NCBI GenBank assembly: GCA_051362555.1
Contig: CM120642.1
Coordinates: forward strand, 21,514,001 to 21,578,000
DNA: 64,000 bases
Direction of reading: 5' to 3'
Origin: Lingula anatina
Taxonomy: Eukaryota > Animalia > Brachiopoda
Shown: piece by piece, positions 36,603 to 48,150 of the stretch
Layout of the letters: each line of letters begins with the position of its first letter
How positions within the stretch are numbered: the first letter of the stretch is position 1
Notes under the pieces: generated by a model
Told to the model about the DNA's origin: nothing
Seen by the model: only the letters and a program-made list of their open reading frames with translations
Database searches by the model: none
Program-made: the position numbers and the translations under genes

Positions 36603-39600
36603 ACATGTTTTTCTTCTCAAGTGTCTTAAAACTTGGCAGTAATTTGGATCAGAGAAATAATTAGAGTGTAGCACATCAAGCTCCATAGCTTTCTGGTGTT
36701 AGATCAGTTTTATATCAGGCAACACTTATATTAAGCATTAATATATTTTCATTCTTTTTTTTCCAACTTTTATGATAGTCCCATTGGATGATTCATGTGT
36801 TATCACAAGATACTGATGTAAAACTTGCTTTTGTTTTTCAGCCTTTTCTTTCAAAATTAAATATCAAAATATGTGGGGCTATATTGTTTGTTTAAACATT
36901 GACCCACTAACTGAGACAACCATGTGATAAAATTTCCATTCTGTTTGCTTATGAGCAATATTATAATGATTTGATGAAATTGTTTTTGTGAGGCTTAAGT
37001 TGTGAACACCACATTGAATTGGTTTGATTTGATTAAACTTTGTATGAATGTCTAATTTTCTATCAGTTACATTGTTTTAAATCTGTGTTGATGTTGATAA
37101 TTAAGAACATAAATTTCCTTTATTTTTTGTGAAGCTGAAGATGTAATGTTGTTTGAAATATGGATTATTGGTTTGATTTAAATAGAATGTGTACATTGTA
37201 TGGTAGTATAACATTCTATAAATCACATATTTTTAAGCTGGTGTGGATGTTTAAAAGAATTAGCTCCTTAATTATATTTATCTATTCATGAGGGGGGGGG
37301 GGACTGAACCCTTAATGATTCAAATGGATTTCATATATTTTCTAGTTGAATTAAGACGGTTTTTATATATTACTTTTTATAAAGCATTTCCTATAATGTA
37401 AATGTTAGTTTACTACAACTTCAGTTTTACCAACAAATGCACATCGTAGTTTTCTAACGTCTGAATAAATTGGTGAAAACAAATTCTAACGTATCTGGTT
37501 GCTCTACCTAAATCACACCCAACACTTTCCTTTCGTTTTCTGGGTTAAGTAGCGTAGTTTATGAAAGCACTGGCCTAGTATCTTCACGTGACAGACCGGA
37601 GCCACAATATACCTCTGGTGTAAGGAAAGACTGAACTAATTTCAGACGAGATTAAAGTCCTGGAATGATGATGGAAAAAGTTGAATTAATTGCTTTACTT
37701 TTATCATACTCCCATTTTAGATATCCCCTTACGTCAGAATTCTACGTTTTACTACACTGTATGTTAACGTTAACCCGCCCTGTGATATCAGGACCTCTAA
37801 AATAGTATACAATAGTATACAGCCCCTTTAACAATTTTGTAACAGACTTCTATCGCACATTATGGTCAGAGAGAAACGTTACACAATAATTGTGCGCGTA
37901 TCGTTGGATTAAAATATTGATAAGTTGACGCCCACCACGATAGTTTCAAATTGATATCAATCACGCTCGTTAAACGTCGTAACGTCTCAAGCAATGTGAA
38001 TAAATTATATAATCTTCAAACTCCCGCCTGGAAACTCTCTACTCTATTTATTCATGATTTTACACGAGACCACGCCTTTCCTCTGGGTAATTTCCACATG
38101 ATTCCACTTAACTAAATTTTATTTACAATATAGTGACCTTTACGTCAGTCAAATCAAGTGAAGTCCGATACGTTTAATTCTTGAAAATAAAAGATAATAT
38201 CGTTAACTTTGATGCTGTGAAAAACTCGCGGAAACAACTCGAAAACTGGATCTAGTGAACGAGAGGGAGCCAATGATCGGATATTATTCTTGGAAATGAT
38301 GATTAGAAAATAAATCTACTAATTTCTCAGGTAAAATAATACATCTACAGAAAATCAAAAAATGGAGGGCATCCGTAATTCAGGGACATCGAATGTTTTC
38401 AGAAAAATATTTATTTGCTTGTCTTTATATGTATTTATTTTATACAGTAGTTACTCGTAGCACGCAGTAAAGTGGCATGGTAGGGTATATGGATATGTAT
38501 GTATGCGTATGTTTTTGAGAAATGTATATGTGAGAAGTGATTTGTATTGTATTGTACATTGTAATCCTTATTTCTTAAGTCTAATTTAAAAAAATACATT
38601 CTATTCCGAGACATACATCTTTAAAAAAGCTTACATAGAATACATTGATCATATGTTACTGAGAGCGTCCTTAAACTCATTACAGGCATCTGTAAGTAGC
38701 AGGAGAACGAGATGTGTAATTTAAACGAATCTGCAGATTATTACTTTTAATGAAATTTGTATTTGCAACTTATTTGAAATGTTTGCACACACTTGAAGAA
38801 AAGTGTACGACTACCAGGGTGGTATTACTGGGTAGTGGGTCGAGAAATGAGGGTGGCGGTCAATACACAGTCTACACTTCAGGACTTGACTCTTCAGTGA
38901 TGGCAGGGGGTCAATCTTGGATGGAAACATGATTCTAGGACCCCCCCCAACCTCCCCTGGCAATTCCTCCTGGAAAATCAACCCCCCAAGACAATCCCCC
39001 AAAAGCAATCTCCCCGAACAATTCCCCCAATTCCTTGAAAAGAAAACACTCTGGGTTTAAATTATCTGTATTATACATGTATTTCCATTTATACACTTCT
39101 TGAACGTTTTACTGACTTTTAGAGAAGAGACAGAAAATGAAGTAAAAGCAAAAGTATTAGCTATTGGCTATAATTATAAATTACAAGAATCAGGAAGTCC
39201 GCTTACCTTAATAAACAGGCCTGAGAGGCAACCTTATTAACATTTATTTGAGTAAATTTGGTCATTTGCCATTACATGTCATTTTCTAATCAAACTAATA
39301 CTACCGTTTTCTCTATTTTTTCATGAAAGCAAACAAACATTTTTTTCTGCATTTCATTTGATGTTAGTGAGGTTTCTAAATAACAGGTTAAGCAAATAAT
39401 AATGAAATACTAGAAAAAGAAGATAAGTTCCGAAGCTTGTTTATTTCTGTCATGGGGCAGTGGTAAAACAATTAAAACTTACAGTAATTTCATCAAAGAG
39501 ATACCTGTAGAGTGAGGTTATCTGCTTGCCCACCACCTGGAGATAGAATTTTATTAAAAGCAGGCATTTATAATTTTTCATAATACCACATTTTCATTCT

Positions 39601-40977
39601 CAATATTATGTTCATTACAGGGGGTAGGGATTGACCGGGGGTGTCACAATACCCCTGATAGATGTGTCAGCTCTAATATTATCTGATGATCAAGATGAAT
39701 AAGAACATTTGAAGTTTTTTCCAAAAAATTACATCCATGAAATTGCTTTGAGGAGATAAGGTTTAAGAAATTTAAGTTGACTTATCGAATCTATCATTTA
39801 TGGCAGCAGTTTTAATAAAATTTTGTTCGGGACTTCCAGGCCTAATAAAGGGATTAGGCATTTACTGACACTAGCCGCAGATCTTTCAGCACTAACGCTC
39901 ATATTAACCACAAAACCGACGAATTGACCAACACACCACACACTTATTTAGCACCAACAAAACGATATCTAGCACTAACATTCATCCGCTCTGGTAGTAC
40001 TGCAAGACTAAAATCTCCTCATGTAAACATTTAGCTTCGTGGATCCCCCCATACTCCATTACCCCAGTCAGGAGAAGTTAAAACAACCCGCCTGCACATA
40101 TATAACTGCACTTAATTCTGATGAGTTGTTGACACGCTTCTGTAGTTGATACACCTTTAAAATATCATTACACTTGTAACGTCAGACATAACTTTATTCG
40201 CACTGAGAGGTACATTTTAAAAGTTAAAACTGGAACTCTTCACTTTGTGATAACACGTAAATACTCTGAAGAGGCTTTTACTACCTTTTGCAAGTTCTTC
40301 TGAACTTTGCTTCCCGCTTAAAAGCTGCTAATTTACAGTATATCACCCAACCGTGTTGAGAGAGGAGGGAGGGTGTCACTTTAGGTAACACTCTTACGTA
40401 TATTCCAAGCCATTGAATTGTCTCTTAAAATGGACCGGTCCAGTAAAAAGTACCGCTCTTCGGAAGCCGACCTCAATTCAGACTCAAAAGATAACTCTAA
40501 CCTGTCATCTCAGTTTACAATCTTTGGGAACTGTCACAGATAAAAAGTTCGTAAACTGGCAACTCACATACATGTATCACATATTGCCTTTAAAACTTCA
40601 AAACTAAATCACTGCATAGCCAAGAAAATCATATATAAGTTATGCACCGCTCCTGTCCGTAATGAATACACTAATAGATCATACAATACAAATATGCTAT
40701 ATTCTACCATGGCCAGGGAGCCGAAGTGTGAGGAGGACAGCCAATATGACCAATAGGCGGTCCTTCTACTCTCCTCCAGGGTTAAGCTGTGGGACGGGTG
40801 GCGTTTCATTATTTTTGTTATCAAAGTTTCTCGCTGGACAACATAAAAACTGGTGCAGCATTAGACAGAAAAATATCTGTGACATTTGAATGAAGAATTC
40901 TCTGTGTGGCCCTGGTAGAGGTTACTACTGTCCTTTCAACAATACAAGCGAGATAAGACTCCAGCCGATTCCGATGC

Positions 40978-41037
40978 CGTCTCAACCATGATTGTGACGG
41001 ATTCCACAGATATCACCCAATTGTGTTAGTGAAGACA
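40978..41037 (+). other. Conserved 60-bp element, copy C
   Basis: CGTCTCAACCATGATTGTGACG-N22-TGTGTTAGTGAAGACA. Confidence 0.8.
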
Positions 41038-42222
41038 TAACGTGAGACTGGAGGAGGGGGGATAGCATGTACGTGTATTGCAATGATTGGAGTGTTTGAA
41101 GGGGAATGTGGTGGAGTGGGGGGGGGGGGGGGGGGGGGGGGGGGATAACGGGGATGGATGTAGGAGAGAGTAGGGGAGACATACTAAAATATCAGTTCGT
41201 TACAGCAGTCGTACTAACTCACGGGGAACAGATATTTTCAGGTTGTCCCCGACAGCATCTAATTAGAGACTTCTAGAAACTCACCTCAGCATACCTGTGG
41301 CAGTGTAAGTAGTAGTACCAGTGCATGTAGTAGTAGGCCTACAAGATGATGTAGTAGTAGTGAGAGTAGTAGTATAAGAGTAGTAGTATAGAAGGCAATT
41401 TATTACTGGCATAGGTTGTATATAAGTAATACTCACTGCACGTGACTGTGATGACAATACAATTAAATCTAGGAAATCAATCGATTGAGCAATGAGCGGA
41501 TCTGGTTTCATTATCCTTATAACCCCCCCTCCCACCCCCACCCCCCCACACACACGCAAACACGCGCGCGCACAAACAGCTTTTGATAATAATAAAAAAA
41601 TATGAGACTGAAATTTCTCTCAGGTGCGCCCGCAAACATTTCAAAAAATTGTACGCATAATTCCAGACAAAATATATTAAAAATTTACCACATATCCGAT
41701 CCTAGGTTTCATTTGTCGTATACGATGTCCCTATGGTGTCCATGTATTGCCCATATGCCCCTACTTGTGGGGCGTCCGTCACTTAACTTCATGGTCATGT
41801 GGGAAAAATTGTACGTCGCCTGTACCGCACGTAAGCATGCTAGCCCTAGACAACTACAGTACAAAATATACGAAAAATTTGATTTCGATTTCCTCGTACT
41901 GCGTCTGTGAAAAATGCAGCCTTGGCTGATAATGATAAGAACGCTGATAATGATAATCTCTCCAGAGGTGATTTCCGACTTTAGTTCTAGATGCTTGTGT
42001 GAAATTTAATATGGTCCACCAAAATGTTCCTGCTTGTAATTGAATTAATTTGGTTTTCGATTTTATAAATGTCTCAATTAGACCTATTTTAACTTTTTCC
42101 CCTCTTTCGCACGCGTTTTAAACCTCTTAATCTTTCTTGCTACATGTAACCCAAAATATGAGTAAACATTTCAAATGAGCCATATTCCGCAGTTATTATG
42201 CTGTGGATATTATTTGCTTTTA

Positions 42223-42719
42223 CAGGGCCATAGCCTGAGCAAAATGCCAGGGGGGCAGTAAGGGGACACGAGGGGGCAAAGCACCCGAGGGGGGAGGGTG
42301 TGGGAAGGGGTGTCCCCCTCCCACGGTGTGGAAAATTTTAAAAAACTGTATGTATAATGCTGCATTCCGGTGCATTTTAACTGTTATTTATTGCTCAATC
42401 AGAAGTCAGAAATTGTGGGTTCACTTTGCCATAAGTACAGTCATTTTTTCAACACAACACGCCAATTGGACCCTATTTTGCCAATTTTGGCATGAACTGA
42501 GTTGGCTAAAATCAGTACACCTTTGTAAACAGATTGTTGATCGATTGTCTAGTGGCCATGAGTGCATTTTCTCACAGAATTGATACCAACTTTGCAATTA
42601 TTATTTTTTTTTTACCTTATTTATTATTATTATTATTTATTTATTTTTTTTGCACCTCAAATCCCAGGTTGGGCAGCTGCCCCCCCCCCCCCCCCTGCCC
42701 CCCGGAGGCTACGGCCCTG
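42223..42719. mobile_element. MITE (CAGGGCCRTAGCC TIR), 5-bp TSD TTTTA
   Basis: TIR as in 3839-4291. TTTTA at 42218-42222 and 42720-42724. Confidence 0.9.
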
Positions 42720-42841
42720 TTTTACCGTACAGAGATTAGCCATCTTTTTAACCAGAGACGCATCTTTTAATATCTAGTGAAAAATCAATCTATGGCCCTG
42801 GTAGAGGGTAGCCAGAGGCTGCGGAGTGTTGATTTTGTTGC

Positions 42842-42901
42842 TGTCTCAACCATGATTGTGACGGACTCCACAAATATCAGTCAATTGTGTTAGTGAAGAC
42901 A
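42842..42901 (+). other. Conserved 60-bp element, copy D
   Basis: TGTCTCAACCATGATTGTGACG-N22-TGTGTTAGTGAAGACA. Confidence 0.8.
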
Positions 42902-42961
42902 TAACGCAAGAAGGTGAGACGGCTGAAAGGATTACAAAGAAATTACCTAATAAGTCATTGG

Positions 42962-43063
42962 AAATGACAGTATGCTATTTTCGTTTAAATTAGATGTCGA
43001 TGAACCATTCAGTAAATGACAATATGCTATTTTAGTTTAAATTAGATGTCGACGAACCATTCA
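42962..43063. repeat. 52-bp tandem duplication
   Basis: AAATGACARTATGCTATTTT.GTTTAAATTAGATGTCGAYGAACCATTCA at 42962 and 43014. Confidence 0.85.
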
Positions 43064-43361
43064 ATAGAGAAAGATTAAAAGAAAATATGTTGAAGCGGCA
43101 CAAAAATGATGGAGGGGGGAGGGTATGATGATATTATAAAAGGTTTGGGAGAGTCGGGGAAATTGAGTTTTGAGTGCGTTCGGGTGTTTACTGATGTCCT
43201 TTAACTTTAACACACCAGGTTATACAAACTTTTACAACTTTTGTCTCTAAAAAACTGTACAGATTAATCCTTTTCACTTATATAACTACCGTATGTTTCT
43301 ACTATAGTATTTCACAAAGATGAACTTTAAAGATGACGTCTATCTAGAAAGAGCGCCATTA

Positions 43362-44118
43362 GGCCACACTTTTTTTAATTTTATGGATGACATCCTGCGC
43401 GCGCACCGATTTTCGTCCGTTCTCCAAAAAAAAAAAAAAAAAAAAATCCCCCCCCCCCCCCCCCCCCCCAAGGAAGTTGGCCAGCGATCATCGCCCGGAA
43501 AATTTCAGTGACATTCTGTCCAAAGCAGCACATACCAGTTTCTTTTTGGAGCGAAAAAAGGGTCGACAAGAGCGTCGTGGTATTTGGTGGACTGAAGGTC
43601 GGACAGGCCACCCGATAGTTGGCTGCTAGCGTTTGAGTCGAAGTAGACAAAATGGCATCGACTGAAATTACCTTAGTAGTAGGAAGCATAGGCCCATCTT
43701 TGCTTCATTTTTTTAACAATTCTGTGAAGTGTTTACAATGCTTTAATTTTCTGAGAGTACAAATTAAGACACGCTGTTTATTTGATATTTGTTTTATTGG
43801 ATGCTATACCAACAGAATGCATGAAATAACCTTAAATAGATTTGGTAATATGCAGCATATATATTCATGACTTTTTACCTTTCTACGAAATAGGCCCTAT
43901 TCACAAAGCTTTAATATTTTGAGAGCATGGATAAAGACATGTTGTTAGTTTGATACGTGTTTCTGTGGTAAATTAGTGTTTCCAGCTGTGTACTGAAAAC
44001 ATAACTTTTCTTAAGCAGTTTTTTTTTTTTTTTGGACTGTTTTTTTTTTTTTTCGCCCGCTCGCACCGACTTTGGGGTCCCCAGAGGATGTCATCCATAA
44101 AAATAAAAAAGTGTGGCC
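43362..44118. mobile_element. PIF/Harbinger-type non-autonomous element, TTA TSD (copy 2, 757 bp)
   Basis: Same GGCCACACTTTTTT TIRs and internal sequence as 17190-18102, lacking ~17300-17525. TTA on both sides. Confidence 0.9.
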
Positions 44119-44478
44119 TTACTAAAAACGCAGCACTGGGAAATTAACTGGCAAGGTGTCAACGCTACGTTACATAAAGTGCCGACAGAATCTACGTGGA
44201 GTCAAAGTTTGCTATTTTTGAACAAGCCACACAACGGAGACTGAAATATCGGAGCGCAAAATATGACTTGTTTTAATTATTGATTAAAAATAGGCTGTTA
44301 GTAGGCTATGACCAAGTTGTTAAACAGCCGATGAAATTCTTAAAATATTGAATGACTCTAAATGGAATTTAATAAATTTCTAAATTGCTTATTTGATTTT
44401 TCTATATCATTTTGTAAAGTCAGAGTATTTTATAATAGCAAACTGCTAACAACGCGTTACTTTCCAAAGCATAAAAAA

Positions 44479-44481
<3 letters not shown>

Positions 44482-44524
<43 letters not shown>

Positions 44525-44553
44525 TGTGTGTGTGTGCGCGCGCGCGCGCGCGC
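44482..44553. repeat. (TG)n followed by (CG)n alternating purine-pyrimidine tract
   Basis: Direct reading. Confidence 0.9.
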
Positions 44554-44696
44554 GGATCGGGGTGGAGGGCGTGGGTCTTGCACGGGAATCTTCCTCTCTG
44601 ACAATTGTCAATGTTGACAGGGTACGTAATGGTCCAGGAGAATAGAGGAAGTGGAGTTACAACAGGGTTAATGCTACAGTATTTGTCCTCAGAGTC

Positions 44697-44756
44697 TGTC
44701 TCAACATGATTGTGACGGCGCCCAATGAATTTCATCATATTGTGCTAGTGAAGACA
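44697..44756 (+). other. Conserved 60-bp element, copy E
   Basis: TGTCTCAACATGATTGTGACG-N23-TGTGCTAGTGAAGACA. Flanks are unrelated to the other copies. Confidence 0.8.
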
Positions 44757-46925
44757 GCGATAAAGTATAGAGGGCGCTGATGTGATAATCTTTTTTATAA
44801 TTTCTCCGGAGTATCACAATAATTTTTTATATATCACAGTGGCTGGACCTTGGTCATATCTGTTGCGATGCCAAACCCCCCTCCCGCCTTGCACAAGTAT
44901 CTTGGTCGCAGTCCATTACAAATCCAAAGTCTCACCTCTTGCACAGCGCCATCTACACTCAACAATGTTTACATATGGCGCGTGCAAATGGTGACGCTGA
45001 AAAGCCGGAATTTTCATCAAACGTTCTGTACACTGAGTGTCATCTGCCATCAGGGCACTTTTCTTAGATGGTTTTGTTATATATTCTGTTGGCAAACTTT
45101 ATCGGTGAGTTCAGGATAAGACATATGAAGTGAAGAACACACATGGTATCGACTGTGTCAGTTGTGCACTGTTCACATCACAATGCAATGTAGTACGAAA
45201 CGTATTAGCACTCCTATTGACCTTGTGTTAGCACACTGTGTGTTAGTACAGTCAGTACATATCAGAATCGTCAATAGGAGTACTAACGCATGAATTTTCG
45301 TGCTAGATGCAATGTGCTGGGGAAGATTTAACAATGAGCTACATAGCACGAAATTGTCAAAAGTAATTTTTGATTTGCATTTATTGTTAGGGTGCACACA
45401 TGATATTTTTCTAAGTGAGCTAGAGACTTGAAATTTTGTGCACAGATAGCCACACATTTGAGTATGAATAATCAATTTAAATTTTTAATCTATCTCATTT
45501 AGATCAAAAGTTATTCAAGTTTTAGTAACACCATGTTTGTTCTTTTTTTCAGGTGCTATTTTCAAAAATGAGACAAAAGTTGCCCCCATCATTTTTCATC
45601 CCCTTTATATTGTCACAGACATTTGAAATTTGGCACACATTAAGTATAGAAGTTGGGCATTAACCCAAAGTTTAAATTTTGGTTCTAGCATTTTCCTAAG
45701 CAGAGTTATGTGCATGTGAATTAAGCAAAATGAAGGATTTTTTGATGGTAAATGCTAGAAAATACACGTTTCTTAGGTTTTATTAATCAACAAGACTAAA
45801 ACTCTTGGCAGAATAGTTGTCTTACATATGAGTATTAGTACAAAATTAATAGTATAAGTGGCAAATTGTCATTGTGAAAAAAAACAATCATTCAAACTTA
45901 GGAACAACCCACACCCTGGGGATCATAAGGTTATTCTTGCATATGTACTCTTACTCCTTAGTATCGAACACATATATATAGTATGTACATGGCACATAAT
46001 TTTCTTTTATGATAAACTTCCTGCAAAAAATAAAAATGCCCCCACTTCTGAGGATGTTACCCCCATGCATATTTCCATCACCCCTGCTTATAAATGCTGA
46101 TAAGGCAGTTTGTAATGAAATTCTCTCTCTCCAGCAGTTGTCTTGATATTAGTATAAACCAAAATTTAGTTATATATTTCATGTCAGAAAACAATATCTG
46201 GTGAGCTTGAAAGAAAATAAATCAAGCTATATACATGTAGCACCTGTGATACTACTATTTAAACCTACTAGTAATGCATAAATGTTTTAAAGCTTAAATA
46301 TCATTGAAAATTAACTTGCCATGTATGAATGATAGACTTAATTTTTTTAATTCATGTGACTTAACAGAGTTTTCTGATCCAAGATTATATTGAAAAAGTA
46401 TAAGAATTATCTGTAACAATATTTGTGCTTCCAATTTGTCTATCAATTTAAGTAAAGAATACACAAATGTGATTTAACCTCTGTTATAGGGAATTCTTGC
46501 ACCACAAAACCGATTATTTTAGTTTTAAAAAGCTGTTGGTTCAACTATACTACAGAAGTCTACATATATAAAAAGTAAATATAATATATCAATACAAATG
46601 ACAGTAAGTTTTAAAAGGGAACTTGAGCTATTTTAAAGGATGTCTTTCCGCTGTAGACGCTTAAATAGGCCTTTCTCTGAAACTTTGCCTATTTGATCCT
46701 GAACCCCAAAGCATGTCTCACACGAAACCGTTGAGAAAATAAAGGTCGAGGTATAGGTTTTTAAGATCACTTAAAGAAAAAAAAGCGCAGCATTTTTTTT
46801 TCGTCTAAACTTCTCGCCATTACTCCCCTACGCATGGAATTCTGGGACTTGCCTCAATTTGCATATGACTGAATACTACTGTTTACTACGCTCTGGAGAA
46901 GACCCGGATGTCACTGCAAACCAAG

Positions 46926-48150
46926 ATGGAGGGTAGTCCGAGTACACGTGAGTTGAAAGAGAGAAGAATAACTCTACGGGACAATGAAAAAGGAAATAAA
47001 ACGGGAAATGCAGAAGCAGAGGATGTTATTTTCATTGGCAGGCCGGTGAGGTAGACAAAGCAGAAGTAGGAAATAAAACTGACAAGCGAGAAACTGACAA
47101 AATTCTGCCGGATACGGGTAGGTTATTTCGATCTCTTATCACGTCCGACTCTTTCATTGAGAACATATTCAGGAGGCGGATTTAGGGCGTCTTCTGGTTC
47201 TTCCGGAAGACGGTTAGATTTTCAAGTTTTCATTGGCGGGTATATGTAATATTTCTGTCGAAAGGCGGTCAAAAATGGAGGATGGATCAACATTACTCGG
47301 AAGACTGTCAGAATAGACCTATATCTCTGGATCCGCCCCTGTTATCCCTGCTGTACGCAGAAAAGTTTATTATTCTTTAGAGGAGTCGGTACAAACAAGG
47401 ATTGAGCTAAATAGTCTTCTATTAAAGACTGGTTTTTGTCGGCTTACTTAACGTCGTTATATACTCAAGTCCAAAAAAAAAAGAAAAAAAAAAAAGAGAA
47501 AAAAAACAACCTTTCACTATTTACCTTATTCGAATTTAATTTGAATTAAAAGATTTAAAGCGAGCACATTAATTGCAGCATCTGATGGTAGTAAATGTTT
47601 ATTCTCTGTTTATGTTTTTAAAGTTGACTTCATGGGGAATCTCTGGAGAATGAGGATAATACACTGGTATATATATTTTTTTATCCAGGTAATATGCATG
47701 TGGTAACATCTACCCCTACATCAGGTTCAAGGCCAACATAGAGCCAGAGCCAAAGTAAGTACCTGACACCCAGAATCCAAACACACAATAGCTGTTTATT
47801 TTACCATGTTCAGTACACCTTACCATCAATATCAATCTAATGCATGTTAGTACTTGGAACAATGCCATTTTATTATAAAGTTTAACACTGCCATGGCAGC
47901 TAGTCCTAGAATTGTGACAAGCACAGGATATCAGTACTTATTGTGGGTAACATTATATAATAAATTGGATTTTGACACAAATAATTTTGATAACCATGCT
48001 CTATTCAGTGCTCTTATGTCTGGCGTAGACATTACAGATAGTGGGTGCTATTAATTTCACAAAAAAATGCATTGAAGTCTTTCCAATAGTCAATGTTTTG
48101 TTTTTAGGTATACTAAGCAACAAAGCAAGCACTCAAAATCATGGATGACA
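46926..48150 (+). pseudogene. Remnant of an unidentified spliced gene (three exons, with stops and a frameshift)
   Basis: CAAGATGG start context after CCGGATG. Exon 46926-47117 (MEGSPSTRELKERR.., frameshift, G|gtagg); 66-bp phase-1 exon 47689-47754 (ccag|..|gtaagt, internal TAG); exon 48108-48150 (tttag|..|gtaag, TGA). Confidence 0.45.
47170..47341. mobile_element. ~170-bp MITE, same family as 18607-18774
   Basis: CAGGAGGCGGATT ... GGATCCGCCCCTG, with shared internal GTCTTCTGG..GAAGACGGT.AGATTTT and TGGAGGATGGATCAACA. No clean TSD. Confidence 0.8.

Noticed and set aside
40609-40889. GC-richer, exon-like segment upstream of copy C
   Set aside because: No recognisable protein motif in the frames examined and no consistent splice pair.
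2969-44756. 60-bp element as C/D or H/ACA snoRNA, U7, coding mini-exon or solo LTR
   Set aside because: There is no CUGA D box and ATGRTTG is a poor C box. The ACA lies within the terminal stem and no H box is evident. No Sm site. The 22/23-nt spacers break frame and splice sites are inconsistent. No TSD.
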